This document shows positions 45,610 to 55,184 of a stretch of DNA of 64,000 bases, in pieces. The translations under genes and the position numbers were made by a program. Position 1 is the stretch's first letter; every line of letters begins with the position of its first letter. The notes under the pieces are model-generated. The model was given only the letters and a program-made list of their open reading frames with translations. It did no database searches and was not told the DNA's origin. The DNA is from Mesorhizobium sp. (GTDB lineage Bacteria > Pseudomonadota > Alphaproteobacteria > Rhizobiales > Rhizobiaceae), in NCBI RefSeq assembly GCF_004020545.1, contig NZ_SAQE01000006.1; one strand, given 5' to 3'.

Positions 45610-45969
45610 ATGCGCAAATTCATGCTTTCGCTTGCAATGCTTGGCGTCGCTTCGCTGCCGGCGGCCGCCCAGTCGATCGGTGGCGCCTACACGGTTTCCG
45701 GCACCAATTTCGACGGCTCGTCTTATGACGGCGAGGCAACCATCACGCTGACCAGCGAGACGACCTGCACCATCCGTTGGGAGACCGGCGGCTCGTCTTC
45801 GGACGGCATCTGTATGCGCAACGACAACGCCTTTTCGGCAGGCTATGTGATGGGCAAGGAAATCGGCCTCGTCGTCTACAAGGTTGAGGACGACGGCTCG
45901 CTGCACGGGCTCTGGACCATCGCAGGCAAGGATGGCAACGGTACCGAGACGCTGACGCCGAAGAAATAA
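45610..45969 (+). CDS. Hypothetical small secreted protein
   Basis: 119 aa from ATG 45610 (SD AAGGGGGAA) with signal peptide MRKFMLSLAMLGVASLPAAAQS. No family recognised. Confidence 0.55.
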   Translation: MRKFMLSLAMLGVASLPAAAQSIGGAYTVSGTNFDGSSYDGEATITLTSETTCTIRWETGGSSSDGICMRNDNAFSAGYVMGKEIGLVVYKVEDDGSLHGLWTIAGKDGNGTETLTPKK

Positions 45970-46072
45970 GACCCACTGTTTTCCTGCAAGCTGGGCCGCA
46001 GCAGATGCTGTGGCCTATTTCTTTGACGTTGCTGTTTCCCACTTGCCTGCTAGAGGCTTGATCCAAGAATAA

Positions 46073-47005
46073 TTGGAAACGCCCTTGCCTCTCTCGCCCA
46101 ATCTTCGCGGCGCACTTTTCATGGTCGTGGCCATGATCGGCTTCACGCTCAACGACGCGATCACCAAATTCTCGTCCGAATCGATGAACATGGCGCAGGT
46201 TATGCTCGTGCGGGGCGCTTTCGCGTCGCTCTTCGTCGGCCTGCTCGCCTGGCATCGCGGCGCGCTTGCCGATCCCCGCGCCATGCTGCAGCCGATGGTG
46301 GCCGTGCGCGTTGCCGGTGAGGCCGGTGCCACGGTCTCCTTCCTCGTCGCTCTGGCGCACCTGCCGATAGCCAATGTCTCGGCCGTTCTGCAGGCGCTGC
46401 CGCTGGCCGTGACGATGGGTGCCGCGCTTTTCTTCGGCGAAGGCGTCGGCTGGCGGCGCTGGCTGGCAATCGCCGTCGGCTTTGCCGGCGTGCTGATCAT
46501 CGTGCGGCCGGGTTTCGAAGGGTTCAGCGTCTATTCGCTGCTGGCGCTGACGAGCGTGGTCTGTTGCGCCGTGCGCGACCTGGCCACCAAGCGCATCCCG
46601 CATGCGATCCCGACCATGCTGGTGTCGACGGCAACAGCGTTGGCCATGACCGTGCTCGGCGCGCTGCTGCTGTCGCCGATGGGCGGCTGGACGCCGATGA
46701 GCGCCGACGCGACAGCACTGCTGGCGCTGGCTGCGGTGCTGGTCCTCATCGGCTATCAGTTCATCATCATGGCGATGCGCTCGGGCGACATCTCCTTCAT
46801 CGCGCCTTTCCGCTATACGGCGCTGCTCTGGTCGATCCTGCTCGGCCTCGTCATCTTCGGCGACGTCCCCGACCTGCCGATGACAGTCGGCGCCGCGATC
46901 ATCATCGGCTCCGGCCTCTACGCGCTCTATCGCGAGCGCGTCGTCGGCCGGCGGCAGACTGCCGCCGAAAGCACTGGACCCGACATGGCGCCGGACGGCA
47001 TATAG
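46073..47005 (+). CDS. DMT-superfamily (EamA-like) transporter
   Basis: 310 aa with about 10 TM helices and a duplicated EamA pattern. The track start is TTG 46073, so the true start is uncertain (an in-frame ATG exists about 16 codons downstream). Confidence 0.8.
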   Translation: METPLPLSPNLRGALFMVVAMIGFTLNDAITKFSSESMNMAQVMLVRGAFASLFVGLLAWHRGALADPRAMLQPMVAVRVAGEAGATVSFLVALAHLPIANVSAVLQALPLAVTMGAALFFGEGVGWRRWLAIAVGFAGVLIIVRPGFEGFSVYSLLALTSVVCCAVRDLATKRIPHAIPTMLVSTATALAMTVLGALLLSPMGGWTPMSADATALLALAAVLVLIGYQFIIMAMRSGDISFIAPFRYTALLWSILLGLVIFGDVPDLPMTVGAAIIIGSGLYALYRERVVGRRQTAAESTGPDMAPDGI

Positions 47006-47010
47006 GTCCG

Positions 47011-47646
47011 ATGGATCGAAGCGTTGCGGGCATCATCCTGGCGGGAGGCCAGTCGCGCCGGATGGGCGGCGGCGACAAGCCTCTTCTGCCGCTGGGCAGA
47101 AGCAGGCTGATTGACCATGTCGCCGCGGGTCTCAAACCGCAGGTCGGTGCGCTGGCGCTCAACGCCAATGGCGACCCGGCGCGGTTTGCCGGCATGAACC
47201 TTCCGGTGCTCGCCGACACGGTGCCGGGCCATGCCGGCCCGCTGGCCGGCATTCTGACCGGCCTCGAATGGGCGGCGGCGGAGAAAGCAGCCTACCAGTC
47301 GCTGGTGAGCGCGGCCGGCGACACGCCGTTCTTCCCCGGCGATCTCGTCGAGCGGCTAGCAGCCGCTGCCAGGGAGTGGTCAGGCGCGATCGCGGTCGCA
47401 AGTTCCGACGGCAGATGGCACCCGACTTTCGCGCTCTGGCCACTTGGCCTCAGCGATGCCCTGCGCCATTTCCTGATCGACGAGGACAATCGCCGTGTCT
47501 CGACCTTCATGGAGCGGCACGGTTTCGTCCAAGTGGAGTTTCCGATGATCGAGGCCGAAGGCCAGCGGATCGACCCGTTCTTCAACATCAACACGCCGGA
47601 CGATCTTGCGGAGGCCGAACGTCTGTTGCAAAGCCTCCGGCCATGA
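47011..47646 (+). CDS. mobA: Molybdenum cofactor guanylyltransferase MobA
   Basis: From ATG 47011: MDRSVAGIILAGGQSRRMGGGDKPLLPLG... (LAGGxxxRMG motif) and DTPFFP. Confidence 0.88.
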   Translation: MDRSVAGIILAGGQSRRMGGGDKPLLPLGRSRLIDHVAAGLKPQVGALALNANGDPARFAGMNLPVLADTVPGHAGPLAGILTGLEWAAAEKAAYQSLVSAAGDTPFFPGDLVERLAAAAREWSGAIAVASSDGRWHPTFALWPLGLSDALRHFLIDEDNRRVSTFMERHGFVQVEFPMIEAEGQRIDPFFNINTPDDLAEAERLLQSLRP

Positions 47647-48158
47647 GACGCGTATTCGGCATCACCGGCTGGAAGAATTCCGGCAAGACGACCCTGACCG
47701 AAAAACTGGTCGCGGAACTGGTGCGCCGCGGCTGGACGGTCTCGACGGTGAAGCATGCCCATCATGACTTCGACATCGACAAGCCTGACACGGACTCCTT
47801 TCGCCACCGGCAGGCCGGCGCCATGGAGGTCGCGATCGTCTCCGCGCGGCGCTGGGCGCTGATGCACGAGTTGCGCAACGAGGAGGAGCCGAAGCTGGAC
47901 GAAATCCTGACGCGTCTGGCCCCCTCGGACATCGTGCTTGTCGAGGGCTACAAGCGCGAGGCGCACAAGAAGATCGAGGCGAGACGGCTCGAGGCCAAGG
48001 ACCGGACGCCGCTCGCGGCCGGCGATCCGAACATCGTCGCCATCGCCGCGGATTTCAAAGTCGAGGGCGAGAGCCTGCCGGTTTTCGACCTCGATGACAC
48101 CAAATCCATAGCCGACTTTGTCGAGCGGGCGACTGGCCTCGTTGCTCAAACCAAGTAA
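47643..48158 (+). CDS. mobB: Molybdopterin-guanine dinucleotide biosynthesis adapter protein MobB
   Basis: MRRVFGITGWKNSGKTTLTEKLV (P-loop). ATGA overlap with the mobA stop. Confidence 0.88.
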   Translation: MRRVFGITGWKNSGKTTLTEKLVAELVRRGWTVSTVKHAHHDFDIDKPDTDSFRHRQAGAMEVAIVSARRWALMHELRNEEEPKLDEILTRLAPSDIVLVEGYKREAHKKIEARRLEAKDRTPLAAGDPNIVAIAADFKVEGESLPVFDLDDTKSIADFVERATGLVAQTK

Positions 48159-48308
48159 CGCAGCGGCAGACGACGATTGTCGCTTGCTGTTGTTTTGCAG
48201 TTGCTTTTTTCTTCGAAAGAGTGGGAGTATCCCGCGCAGCGGGCGGTCAAAAACTCCGCCCACAAGAGCCGCATGGGACAGCGGCCATGACAATATGAGA
48301 GGATTATC

Positions 48309-49094
48309 ATGCGTATTGCACTGCGTATCGCGCTCGCCGCTTCGGCCGCGCTGCTGACACTTGGCGTCGCCCAGGCTCAGGAAAAAACACTGAGGATCGG
48401 CACCGAAGGCGCGTATCCGCCCTTCAACAACCTGACCTCGGACGGCCAACTGGTCGGCTTCGACATCGACATCGCCAAGGCCCTCTGCGACGAAATGAAG
48501 GTGAAATGCACCTTCGTCGCGCAGGACTGGGACGGCATCATCCCGGCGCTCCAGGCCGGCAAGTTCGACGCCATTGTCGCCTCGATGTCGATCACGCCCG
48601 AGCGCCAGGAAAAGGTCGACTTCACCCACAAATACTACAACACGCCCTCGGCCATCGCCGTGCCGAAAGATTCACCGCTCAAGGGCGTGACCAAGGAAGA
48701 CCTCGCCGGCAAGAACATCGGCGTCGCCACCACGACGACCCACTTCAACTATGCCTCGAAGACCTACACCGACAGCACGATCAAGGGCTATCCGAGCAGC
48801 CCCGAGGAGCAAGCCGATCTCGCCAACGGCCGCCTCGACGCCATCGAGGACGATATCGTCGTGCTGCAGCAGTGGCTGGATTCGCCTGACGGCGCCTGCT
48901 GCAAGATCCTCGGCCAGCCATCGCCGCAGCCGGTCGAGATCTTCGGACCGGGCGCCGGCATTGCCGTGCGCAAGGGCGAGACCGACCTGGTCAACAAGCT
49001 GAATTCCGCGATCGACGCCATCCGCGCCAACGGAAAGTACAAGGAAATCAACGACAAGTACTTCAAGTTCGACGTCTACGGCGCCGAGTCCTGA
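48309..49094 (+). CDS. Polar amino-acid (His/Lys/Arg/Orn-type) ABC transporter substrate-binding protein
   Basis: 261 aa with a signal peptide, then LRIGTEGAYPPFNNLTSDGQLVGFDIDIAKALCDEMKVKCTFVAQDWDGIIPALQAGKFDAIVASMSITPERQ (family-3 SBP). Confidence 0.88.
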   Translation: MRIALRIALAASAALLTLGVAQAQEKTLRIGTEGAYPPFNNLTSDGQLVGFDIDIAKALCDEMKVKCTFVAQDWDGIIPALQAGKFDAIVASMSITPERQEKVDFTHKYYNTPSAIAVPKDSPLKGVTKEDLAGKNIGVATTTTHFNYASKTYTDSTIKGYPSSPEEQADLANGRLDAIEDDIVVLQQWLDSPDGACCKILGQPSPQPVEIFGPGAGIAVRKGETDLVNKLNSAIDAIRANGKYKEINDKYFKFDVYGAES

Positions 49095-49172
49095 TCATTG
49101 CGCTCGGGGCGGTGAGGACCACCTCATCGCCCTTCCTTCATTCCGGGATCGCCACGGAGACACGCCCCGCCA

Positions 49173-49889
49173 ATGCCGGCCCAAAGCATTTGGACACTTC
49201 TCAGTTGGGGGCCCGATGGCTGGAGTGACGATATCGCCTCTGGCGTGCTGGTCACGATCGCCCTGGCCTTGGCCACGCTGCCGATCGGATTGACGATCGG
49301 TTTTTTCGTCGCCTTCGCCAAGCAGCACGAAGAGCCCGCACTGCGGCTCGCTGCCAACATCTACACAACCGTCTTTCGCGGCCTGCCCGAACTGGTCACG
49401 CTGTTCCTGTTCTTCTTCGGCATGCCGCTGCTGCTGCAATACCTTGTCCGGTTGTTCAATCCGGATGCGACGGTCGACGTGAACAGCTTCATTGCCGGCA
49501 TGATCGTGCTGTCACTGATCTTTTCGTCCTACGCCAGCGAGGTCTTTCTTTCCGCCTTTCGCGCCATTCCCAAGGGCCAGTATGAGGGCGGCTACGCCAT
49601 TGGCCTTTCGAAATGGCAGACGATGCGCCTGGTGATCCTGCCGCAATTGTTGCGCATCGCTTTCCCGGGACTGGAGAATTGCTGGCTCAGCCTGCTCAAG
49701 GACACCTCGCTGGTCTCGGTCGTCAACCTCGCTGAAACCTTGCGCAATGCCGGCGTCGCGGCCCGCGTCACCAAGCATTCCTTCCTGTTCTACAGCGTCG
49801 CGGCGCTGGTCTTCCTTGTGCTGGCCATCCTGTCGTCGATCGCCACCGGCTATATCCAGCGCTCGCTCGGGCGGAGGGAAGCGCGATGA
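49173..49889 (+). CDS. Amino-acid ABC transporter permease (HisQ-like)
   Basis: 238-aa polytopic protein with an EAA-like loop (YASEVFLSAFRAIPKGQYEGGYAIGLSKWQTMRLVILPQ). Confidence 0.88.
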   Translation: MPAQSIWTLLSWGPDGWSDDIASGVLVTIALALATLPIGLTIGFFVAFAKQHEEPALRLAANIYTTVFRGLPELVTLFLFFFGMPLLLQYLVRLFNPDATVDVNSFIAGMIVLSLIFSSYASEVFLSAFRAIPKGQYEGGYAIGLSKWQTMRLVILPQLLRIAFPGLENCWLSLLKDTSLVSVVNLAETLRNAGVAARVTKHSFLFYSVAALVFLVLAILSSIATGYIQRSLGRREAR

Positions 49890-50710
49890 GCGTCAGCCAG
49901 GCTATTGCCGTCGACAGGCCGCCGCCGCAGGCGCGTGGTTGGCCGCGCGCCCGCATAGTAGGGTACGCCCTGGTCGGCGTGTGGGTCCTCTTCGGCCTCG
50001 GCATCGTGGCCTATTTGGTTCACGCCTGGAATGCCGAGTTCTTCGCCAGATACGCGCCGGCCTATCTGCAGGGGCTGGGAACCACCTTGTCGCTGGTGGC
50101 CATTTCGATGGTGACAGGCGCCATTCTCTCATTACCCGTGGCCTACGGACGCATGTCGAAGAGCAAGATCCTGTCCGGGCTCGCCTATTGCTACGTCTAT
50201 TTCTTCCGCGGCACCCCGCTGCTCGTGCAGACCTATCTGGTCTACTACGGCGTCGGCTCCTTTCGGCCGGAACTCGAAACGGTCGGCCTGTGGTGGTTCT
50301 TCCGTGAAGCCTTCTACTGCGGCGTCTTTGCCTTCTCGCTCAACACCGCAGCCTACCAGGCCGAAATCCTGCGCGGTGCCATCGAGAGCGTGCCCAGGGG
50401 CCAGTGGGAAGGCGCCGCATCGCTCGGCCTGCACAAGCTGCAGACGCTGCGCAAGGTCATCATGCCGCAGGCGATCATCGTGGCGTTGCGACCTTACGGC
50501 AACGAGCTCATCCTGATGATCAAGGCCTCCGCCATCGTCGCCATCATCACCGTCTACGACCTGATGGGCAACGCGAAGCTCGCCTATGCAAAATCCTTCG
50601 ACATCCAGGCCTATATCTGGGTCGCGATCGTCTATCTGGTGATGGTCGAGATCCTGCGCCACGGTGTCGAATGGATCGAGCGCCGGATCACGGTTCACCT
50701 CAAACGATAA
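49886..50710 (+). CDS. Amino-acid ABC transporter permease (HisM-like)
   Basis: 274 aa with ATGA overlap to the preceding permease. Loop: YQAEILRGAIESVPRGQWEGAASLGLHKLQTLRKVIMPQ. Confidence 0.88.
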   Translation: MSVSQAIAVDRPPPQARGWPRARIVGYALVGVWVLFGLGIVAYLVHAWNAEFFARYAPAYLQGLGTTLSLVAISMVTGAILSLPVAYGRMSKSKILSGLAYCYVYFFRGTPLLVQTYLVYYGVGSFRPELETVGLWWFFREAFYCGVFAFSLNTAAYQAEILRGAIESVPRGQWEGAASLGLHKLQTLRKVIMPQAIIVALRPYGNELILMIKASAIVAIITVYDLMGNAKLAYAKSFDIQAYIWVAIVYLVMVEILRHGVEWIERRITVHLKR

Positions 50711-50820
50711 AGCCTCGCGTGCGCATCGGCCTGCACCAGCCGATGCGGCTTCGCGTGCCTTGACGAATTTTTCCCATAGCCTAGACCTTCCGCCACTGAA
50801 ATTTGTTGGAAGGCAGGCTT

Positions 50821-51690
50821 ATGGCATCGGTTGCATTTCTCGGTCTTGGCGTCATGGGCTACCCGATGGCCGGGCATCTCAGGAACAAGGGCGGCCACGA
50901 CGTCACCGTCTACAACCGCACCACCGCCAAGTCCGAGCAATGGGTCGCCCAGCATGGCGGCAAACTGGCGTTGACGCCGGCCGAAGCGGCCGAAGGCAAG
51001 GACTTCGTCTTCTCCTGCGTCGGCAATGACGACGACCTGCGCTCGGTGACGACCGGCGCCAAGGGCGCCTTCGCCTCGATGAAGAAGGGCTCCGTCTTCA
51101 TCGACAACACCACGGCATCGGCCGAAGTCGCGCGCGAATTGGCCGAGGCCGCTGAAAAAGCCGGCTTTTCCTTCCTCGACGCGCCGGTATCTGGCGGTCA
51201 GGCGGGCGCCGAGAACGGGGTGCTGACGGTGATGGTCGGTGGCGAGCAGTCGGCATTCGACAGGGCCAGGCCCGTCATCGATGCCTACGCCCGCATGGTC
51301 GGGCTGATGGGGCCGGCGGGTGCCGGCCAGCTCACCAAGATGATCAATCAGATCGCCATCGCCGGGCTTGTGCAGGGGTTGGCCGAAGGCATCCATTTTG
51401 GCAAGAAGGCCGGGCTCGACATCGAGAAGGTCATCGAGGTCATTTCCAAGGGCGCTGCCGGCTCATGGCAGATGGAAAACCGCCACAAGACGATGAATGC
51501 CGGCAAATACGATTTCGGTTTCGCCGTCGACTGGATGCGCAAGGATCTCGGCATCTGCCTCGCCGAGGCCAACCGCAACGGCGCCAAGCTGCCGGTGACG
51601 GCGCTGATCGACCAGTTCTACAAGGATGTGCAGGACATGGGCGGCAGGCGCTGGGACACGTCCTCGCTGCTGGCGCGCCTGGAAAAATAG
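50821..51690 (+). CDS. NAD(P)-dependent oxidoreductase of the 3-hydroxyisobutyrate dehydrogenase family
   Basis: From ATG 50821: MASVAFLGLGVMGYPMAGHLRNKGGHDVTVYNRT (GxGxxG) and the mid motif DAPVSGGQAGAENGVLTVMVGG. Confidence 0.85.
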   Translation: MASVAFLGLGVMGYPMAGHLRNKGGHDVTVYNRTTAKSEQWVAQHGGKLALTPAEAAEGKDFVFSCVGNDDDLRSVTTGAKGAFASMKKGSVFIDNTTASAEVARELAEAAEKAGFSFLDAPVSGGQAGAENGVLTVMVGGEQSAFDRARPVIDAYARMVGLMGPAGAGQLTKMINQIAIAGLVQGLAEGIHFGKKAGLDIEKVIEVISKGAAGSWQMENRHKTMNAGKYDFGFAVDWMRKDLGICLAEANRNGAKLPVTALIDQFYKDVQDMGGRRWDTSSLLARLEK

Positions 51691-51696
51691 ACGGCG

Positions 51697-52401
51697 ATGG
51701 CCCTTCCCGATCCGAGCTGGAGCGCCGACGACACCGTCGCCCATCTGCGCTCGATCGGCAAACAGGAGAACCTCGTCGGCATGGCGCGCTTCGGCATCAA
51801 CACCGCGGCCGCGCTCGGCATCGGCAATTCCGATCTGCGGCCGCTGGCGCGCAAGCTCAAGAAGAACCACGAGCGGTCGTTGCTTCTGTGGGACACCGGC
51901 GTCCGCGAAGCGCGATTGATGGCGGCCTTCACCGGCGAACCGAAAAAGTTCGACATCGGCCAATGCCGGCGCTGGGCCGCCGACTTTGATAGCTGGGAGA
52001 TCGTCGATACCGTCGCGGACCTGTTCGCGGCAACGCCGTTCTGGCGCGAGCTGATCGACGAATTCGCCGAGGACGAACGCGAATTCGTGCGCCGCACCGC
52101 CTTTGCCATGCTGGCCTGGGGCACGGTGCATCTAAGGAAGGAGCCGGACACGACCTTCCTCGCCTTTCTGCCGCTGATCGAAAAGCATGCCGGCGATCCG
52201 CGCAATTTTGTCAAGAAAGCGGTGAACTGGGCTCTGCGGCAGATCGGCAAGCGGTCGATGACACTGCATGCCCCTGCCCTAGCGCTGGCCGAGAAACTGG
52301 CGGCATCGTCCGACAGGACGGCGCGCTGGATCGGCAGGGACGCTGTCAAGGAACTGACGGATGCCAAACAGCTCGAACGACTCGCCGCCCGAAAAACCTG
52401 A
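51697..52401 (+). CDS. DNA alkylation repair (AlkD/HEAT-like repeat) family protein
   Basis: 234 aa with helical-repeat composition: LWDTGVREARLMAAF...WEIVDTVADLF...NFVKKAVNWALRQIGKR. Confidence 0.7.
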   Translation: MALPDPSWSADDTVAHLRSIGKQENLVGMARFGINTAAALGIGNSDLRPLARKLKKNHERSLLLWDTGVREARLMAAFTGEPKKFDIGQCRRWAADFDSWEIVDTVADLFAATPFWRELIDEFAEDEREFVRRTAFAMLAWGTVHLRKEPDTTFLAFLPLIEKHAGDPRNFVKKAVNWALRQIGKRSMTLHAPALALAEKLAASSDRTARWIGRDAVKELTDAKQLERLAARKT

Positions 52402-52939
52402 CCTCGCTCTTGTCCGCTTCATCGACGTGACGCGGGAGACGCGCGGCCGTTTAGAAAACCTGTTCGAGCAGCCGGGCGCGCCGAAATATTGCTGGTGCAT
52501 GGCCTGGCGCCATTCCAGCCGCGAGCACATCCAGAACGACGAGAAGAAGCGCATGATGATGGCGCTGATCGACGAAGGCACGCCGGTCGGCATCGTCGCC
52601 GAGCTCGACGGCAGAACAGTCGGCTGGTGCTCGGTCGCGCCGCGCGAGACCTATCGCAGGCTTTCGAAGCAGCAGGATGACAGCGAGACCGGCGTCTGGT
52701 CGATCGTCTGCTTCTACGTGCCGAAGGCCCTGCGAGGCGGCGGCCTCGCCTCAGCGTTGCTCGATGCCGCCATCGACCATGCCTTCGCCAAAGGCGCTTC
52801 CACCATCGAGGCCTATCCGGTTGACGAGGCCGCACCTAGCTATCGCTTCATGGGTTTTCGCGACATGTTCGTCGCGCGCGGCTTTCATGAGGTCGGCACC
52901 GCCGGCACTCGCCGGCATGTGATGCGGCTCATGCGCTGA
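52361..52939 (+). CDS. GNAT-family N-acetyltransferase
   Basis: 192 aa: VGWCSVAPRE...VCFYVPKALRGGGLASALLDAAIDHAFAKGASTIEAYP (acetyl-CoA-binding R-G-x-G motif). It overlaps the preceding gene by 41 nt. Confidence 0.75.
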   Translation: MPNSSNDSPPEKPDLALVRFIDVTRETRGRLENLFEQPGAPKYCWCMAWRHSSREHIQNDEKKRMMMALIDEGTPVGIVAELDGRTVGWCSVAPRETYRRLSKQQDDSETGVWSIVCFYVPKALRGGGLASALLDAAIDHAFAKGASTIEAYPVDEAAPSYRFMGFRDMFVARGFHEVGTAGTRRHVMRLMR

Positions 52940-53006
52940 CCGGCAGGTGATTTGGCCGCCCATCTGCCCTTAGCGCGGTGTCTGCTGCGTAAGGATATTC
53001 CAGCCA

Positions 53007-54359
53007 CTATCTCCGTAGGTCATGAACCCCGAGTTCTTTCCACATCCACTCGACGCTGTAGGTGGCCATGGGATGCGTTGGACCAGGTTGCTTGGCACTT
53101 TGGTTTTCAAGATATTTCAACCAATCGGCAACTTTTTGGCGACCGGCCGTCGTTTTGGCGGCCTGACGCGGCGTCTTGTTCCCCAACATTTTGACCGGCT
53201 GATCGAGAGTTTCCAGATAATGTCGATCCAAGTACTCGTGGATGGCCTGTTCGGCGATCTCCGGCGGAATGTCCGATCGAGATGCTTCGGCACCTTCACG
53301 CGGCCGTTCGGCCTTCATCTGTTCGACGGTCGTGATCTCAGTTAGCGGCGTCCGGACAAGATCGCCAAGGGCCTGCTGGATCAGAGCGGTTCCTCTTGTC
53401 GCCCGCGCGGCGGAATTAGCCGACAGATGCAGGAAACGGCCCTTCAGGTCGACATTGCCAAGCGCCAGCGAGCCGTTGTCCATCGTGGTGTCTATGGCGG
53501 GAGTGGCCACGGCTTTTGTCTTGCTGCCAGCCTTCGGTGTCTCCTCCAGCCAGTTCCAGAATTTCGAGTCTGCTTGCGAGAAGGCTGGAATACCGCTCAA
53601 CCGAGCAGCGATATCCTCCGGTCTCACGCCGGACGCGAGCGGAAAGCGAACCTCGTGGAATATGATTTCGTCACCCTCGGTGTTTTGCAGCTTCGGCCCC
53701 GCTACCCTTCCAAGAATGTCTAACAACCAGGAGAGCGTGAACATGAATGCCGCAGCCTGCAGCTCGTCATCTTTGATGGCGGGTAGCTTTTTTGCATTTC
53801 TTTTGCCGAACAGGCCACGCAGCCCATCGAACAATGTTTCGGTGGCCTGCGGGGTAAAGGGCAACACGCCGCCAGCCATGACGTTTTTGCCCATGACGGG
53901 TACGATCCGCGCGGCAAGCCTGTCCCATTGCTTCAAAGTCTTTGTGGCGCTGCCCTCGCTGACGGTGATCGGCTCGCTATCGCGGATAAGATCGCGCGCC
54001 ACAAAAGACGACCCCGGGACGACGTTACTCACCTCGTACAAACTCATGACGGAGCTGCGCAGTGCCGCCATATAGGCCCTTGATTGCGCTCTTTCCTTCC
54101 AGCCTCGCCGCTTCAGATATTCGTCCACGACGTTGGTGGGTTCGCCCTCGAAATCCTGCGTCAGGAAATCCTCGAAAACGCAACCCCAGAGGGTGTTCGC
54201 CCAGTGGTCACCGAGGATTTCGGCAAGATCTTCAAACTCCCCTTCGCCCTCGTCGAGGATCGGGCCCAAATGCTCGTTGAAAACCTCTTCGAAGCATTCG
54301 CGCCATTCGTCGCGGCCGAGGAATTTCATCAGTCCGCTGAGATCATGGCTGGTTGGCAT
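53007..54359 (-). CDS. Hypothetical protein; C-terminus resembles an Xre/MbcA/ParS-type (DUF2384-like) helical domain
   Basis: 450 aa from ATG 54359 with an acidic N-terminus (FEEVFNEHLGPILDEGEGEFEDLAEILGDHW). The C-terminal stretch LDQPVKMLGNKTPRQAAKTTAGRQKVADWLKYLE looks like that domain. GC appears visibly lower than in the neighbours. Confidence 0.55.
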   Translation of the reverse strand: MPTSHDLSGLMKFLGRDEWRECFEEVFNEHLGPILDEGEGEFEDLAEILGDHWANTLWGCVFEDFLTQDFEGEPTNVVDEYLKRRGWKERAQSRAYMAALRSSVMSLYEVSNVVPGSSFVARDLIRDSEPITVSEGSATKTLKQWDRLAARIVPVMGKNVMAGGVLPFTPQATETLFDGLRGLFGKRNAKKLPAIKDDELQAAAFMFTLSWLLDILGRVAGPKLQNTEGDEIIFHEVRFPLASGVRPEDIAARLSGIPAFSQADSKFWNWLEETPKAGSKTKAVATPAIDTTMDNGSLALGNVDLKGRFLHLSANSAARATRGTALIQQALGDLVRTPLTEITTVEQMKAERPREGAEASRSDIPPEIAEQAIHEYLDRHYLETLDQPVKMLGNKTPRQAAKTTAGRQKVADWLKYLENQSAKQPGPTHPMATYSVEWMWKELGVHDLRR

Positions 54360-54586
54360 GGAACTTCTCCAGGTTCTTGCGGGCCGGGCATTGCGCGACA
54401 CGGGTTCGCTGCCATTATTTGTTGGGCTATTTCAGCGCCGCTTCCGCCACCAAGCAAGGTGTGGGCAACGATTTCCCGGTATTTCTTCCGTGCGACTTTC
54501 CGCCGGAGCTTTTCTGCGGCACTCGCCAAAAAAATGCTTCGGAGATCACGGCAGTTTTACTCGCTCGCAATCACACACCAGCCAGA

Positions 54587-55162
54587 ATGGCTCCAATGAA
54601 CAACCCTCTCAACACAGGCACGATCATCGCCGCAGTAGTTGGCCTTGCCGTTAGTCAGGCCTCGGCAGAAACCGCGCATATCTTCTGGAAGGACCTGCGC
54701 CCGGCGACGCAGGCGGTCGCCGAAGACGCTAACCTGCCGATGATCGCGGCGAAACTGCCCGATCATGGCGAGACGCTATCGCTCGATCTACAGGACAAAA
54801 CCATTCAGTTATCCGGCTATGCGTTGCCGGTCGATCGCGAGGGCGACCTCGTCTACCAGTTCCTGCTGGTGCCGTGGACCGGCGCCTGCAGCCACATGCC
54901 GACGCCACCGCCGAACCAGATCGTGCTGGTCACGCCGGCGCATCCCTACACGATGAAAGAGGCCTATGAGCCGGTCGCGGTCACCGGTGTGCTGAAGCCC
55001 GGCATGGAGAAGAGCCAGCTCTTCATCCTCGACGGCGTCTTGATCGTCCAGTCGGGCTACACGGTGCGCAAAGCCGAGGTGGCGAGCGTCGACAGCGTGC
55101 CGGACGCGGTCACGCTGCCCGTCAACTCGCCGTGGAATTTCCTCAACAAAAAGAAGAATTAG
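54587..55162 (+). CDS. DUF3299 domain-containing periplasmic protein
   Basis: 191 aa from ATG 54587 with a signal peptide, then IQLSGYALPVDREGDLVYQFLLVPWTGACSHMPTPPPNQIVLV (the DUF3299 core as I recall it). Confidence 0.65.
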   Translation: MAPMNNPLNTGTIIAAVVGLAVSQASAETAHIFWKDLRPATQAVAEDANLPMIAAKLPDHGETLSLDLQDKTIQLSGYALPVDREGDLVYQFLLVPWTGACSHMPTPPPNQIVLVTPAHPYTMKEAYEPVAVTGVLKPGMEKSQLFILDGVLIVQSGYTVRKAEVASVDSVPDAVTLPVNSPWNFLNKKKN

Positions 55163-55184
55163 GCGCTATCACTTCAGATAACAG

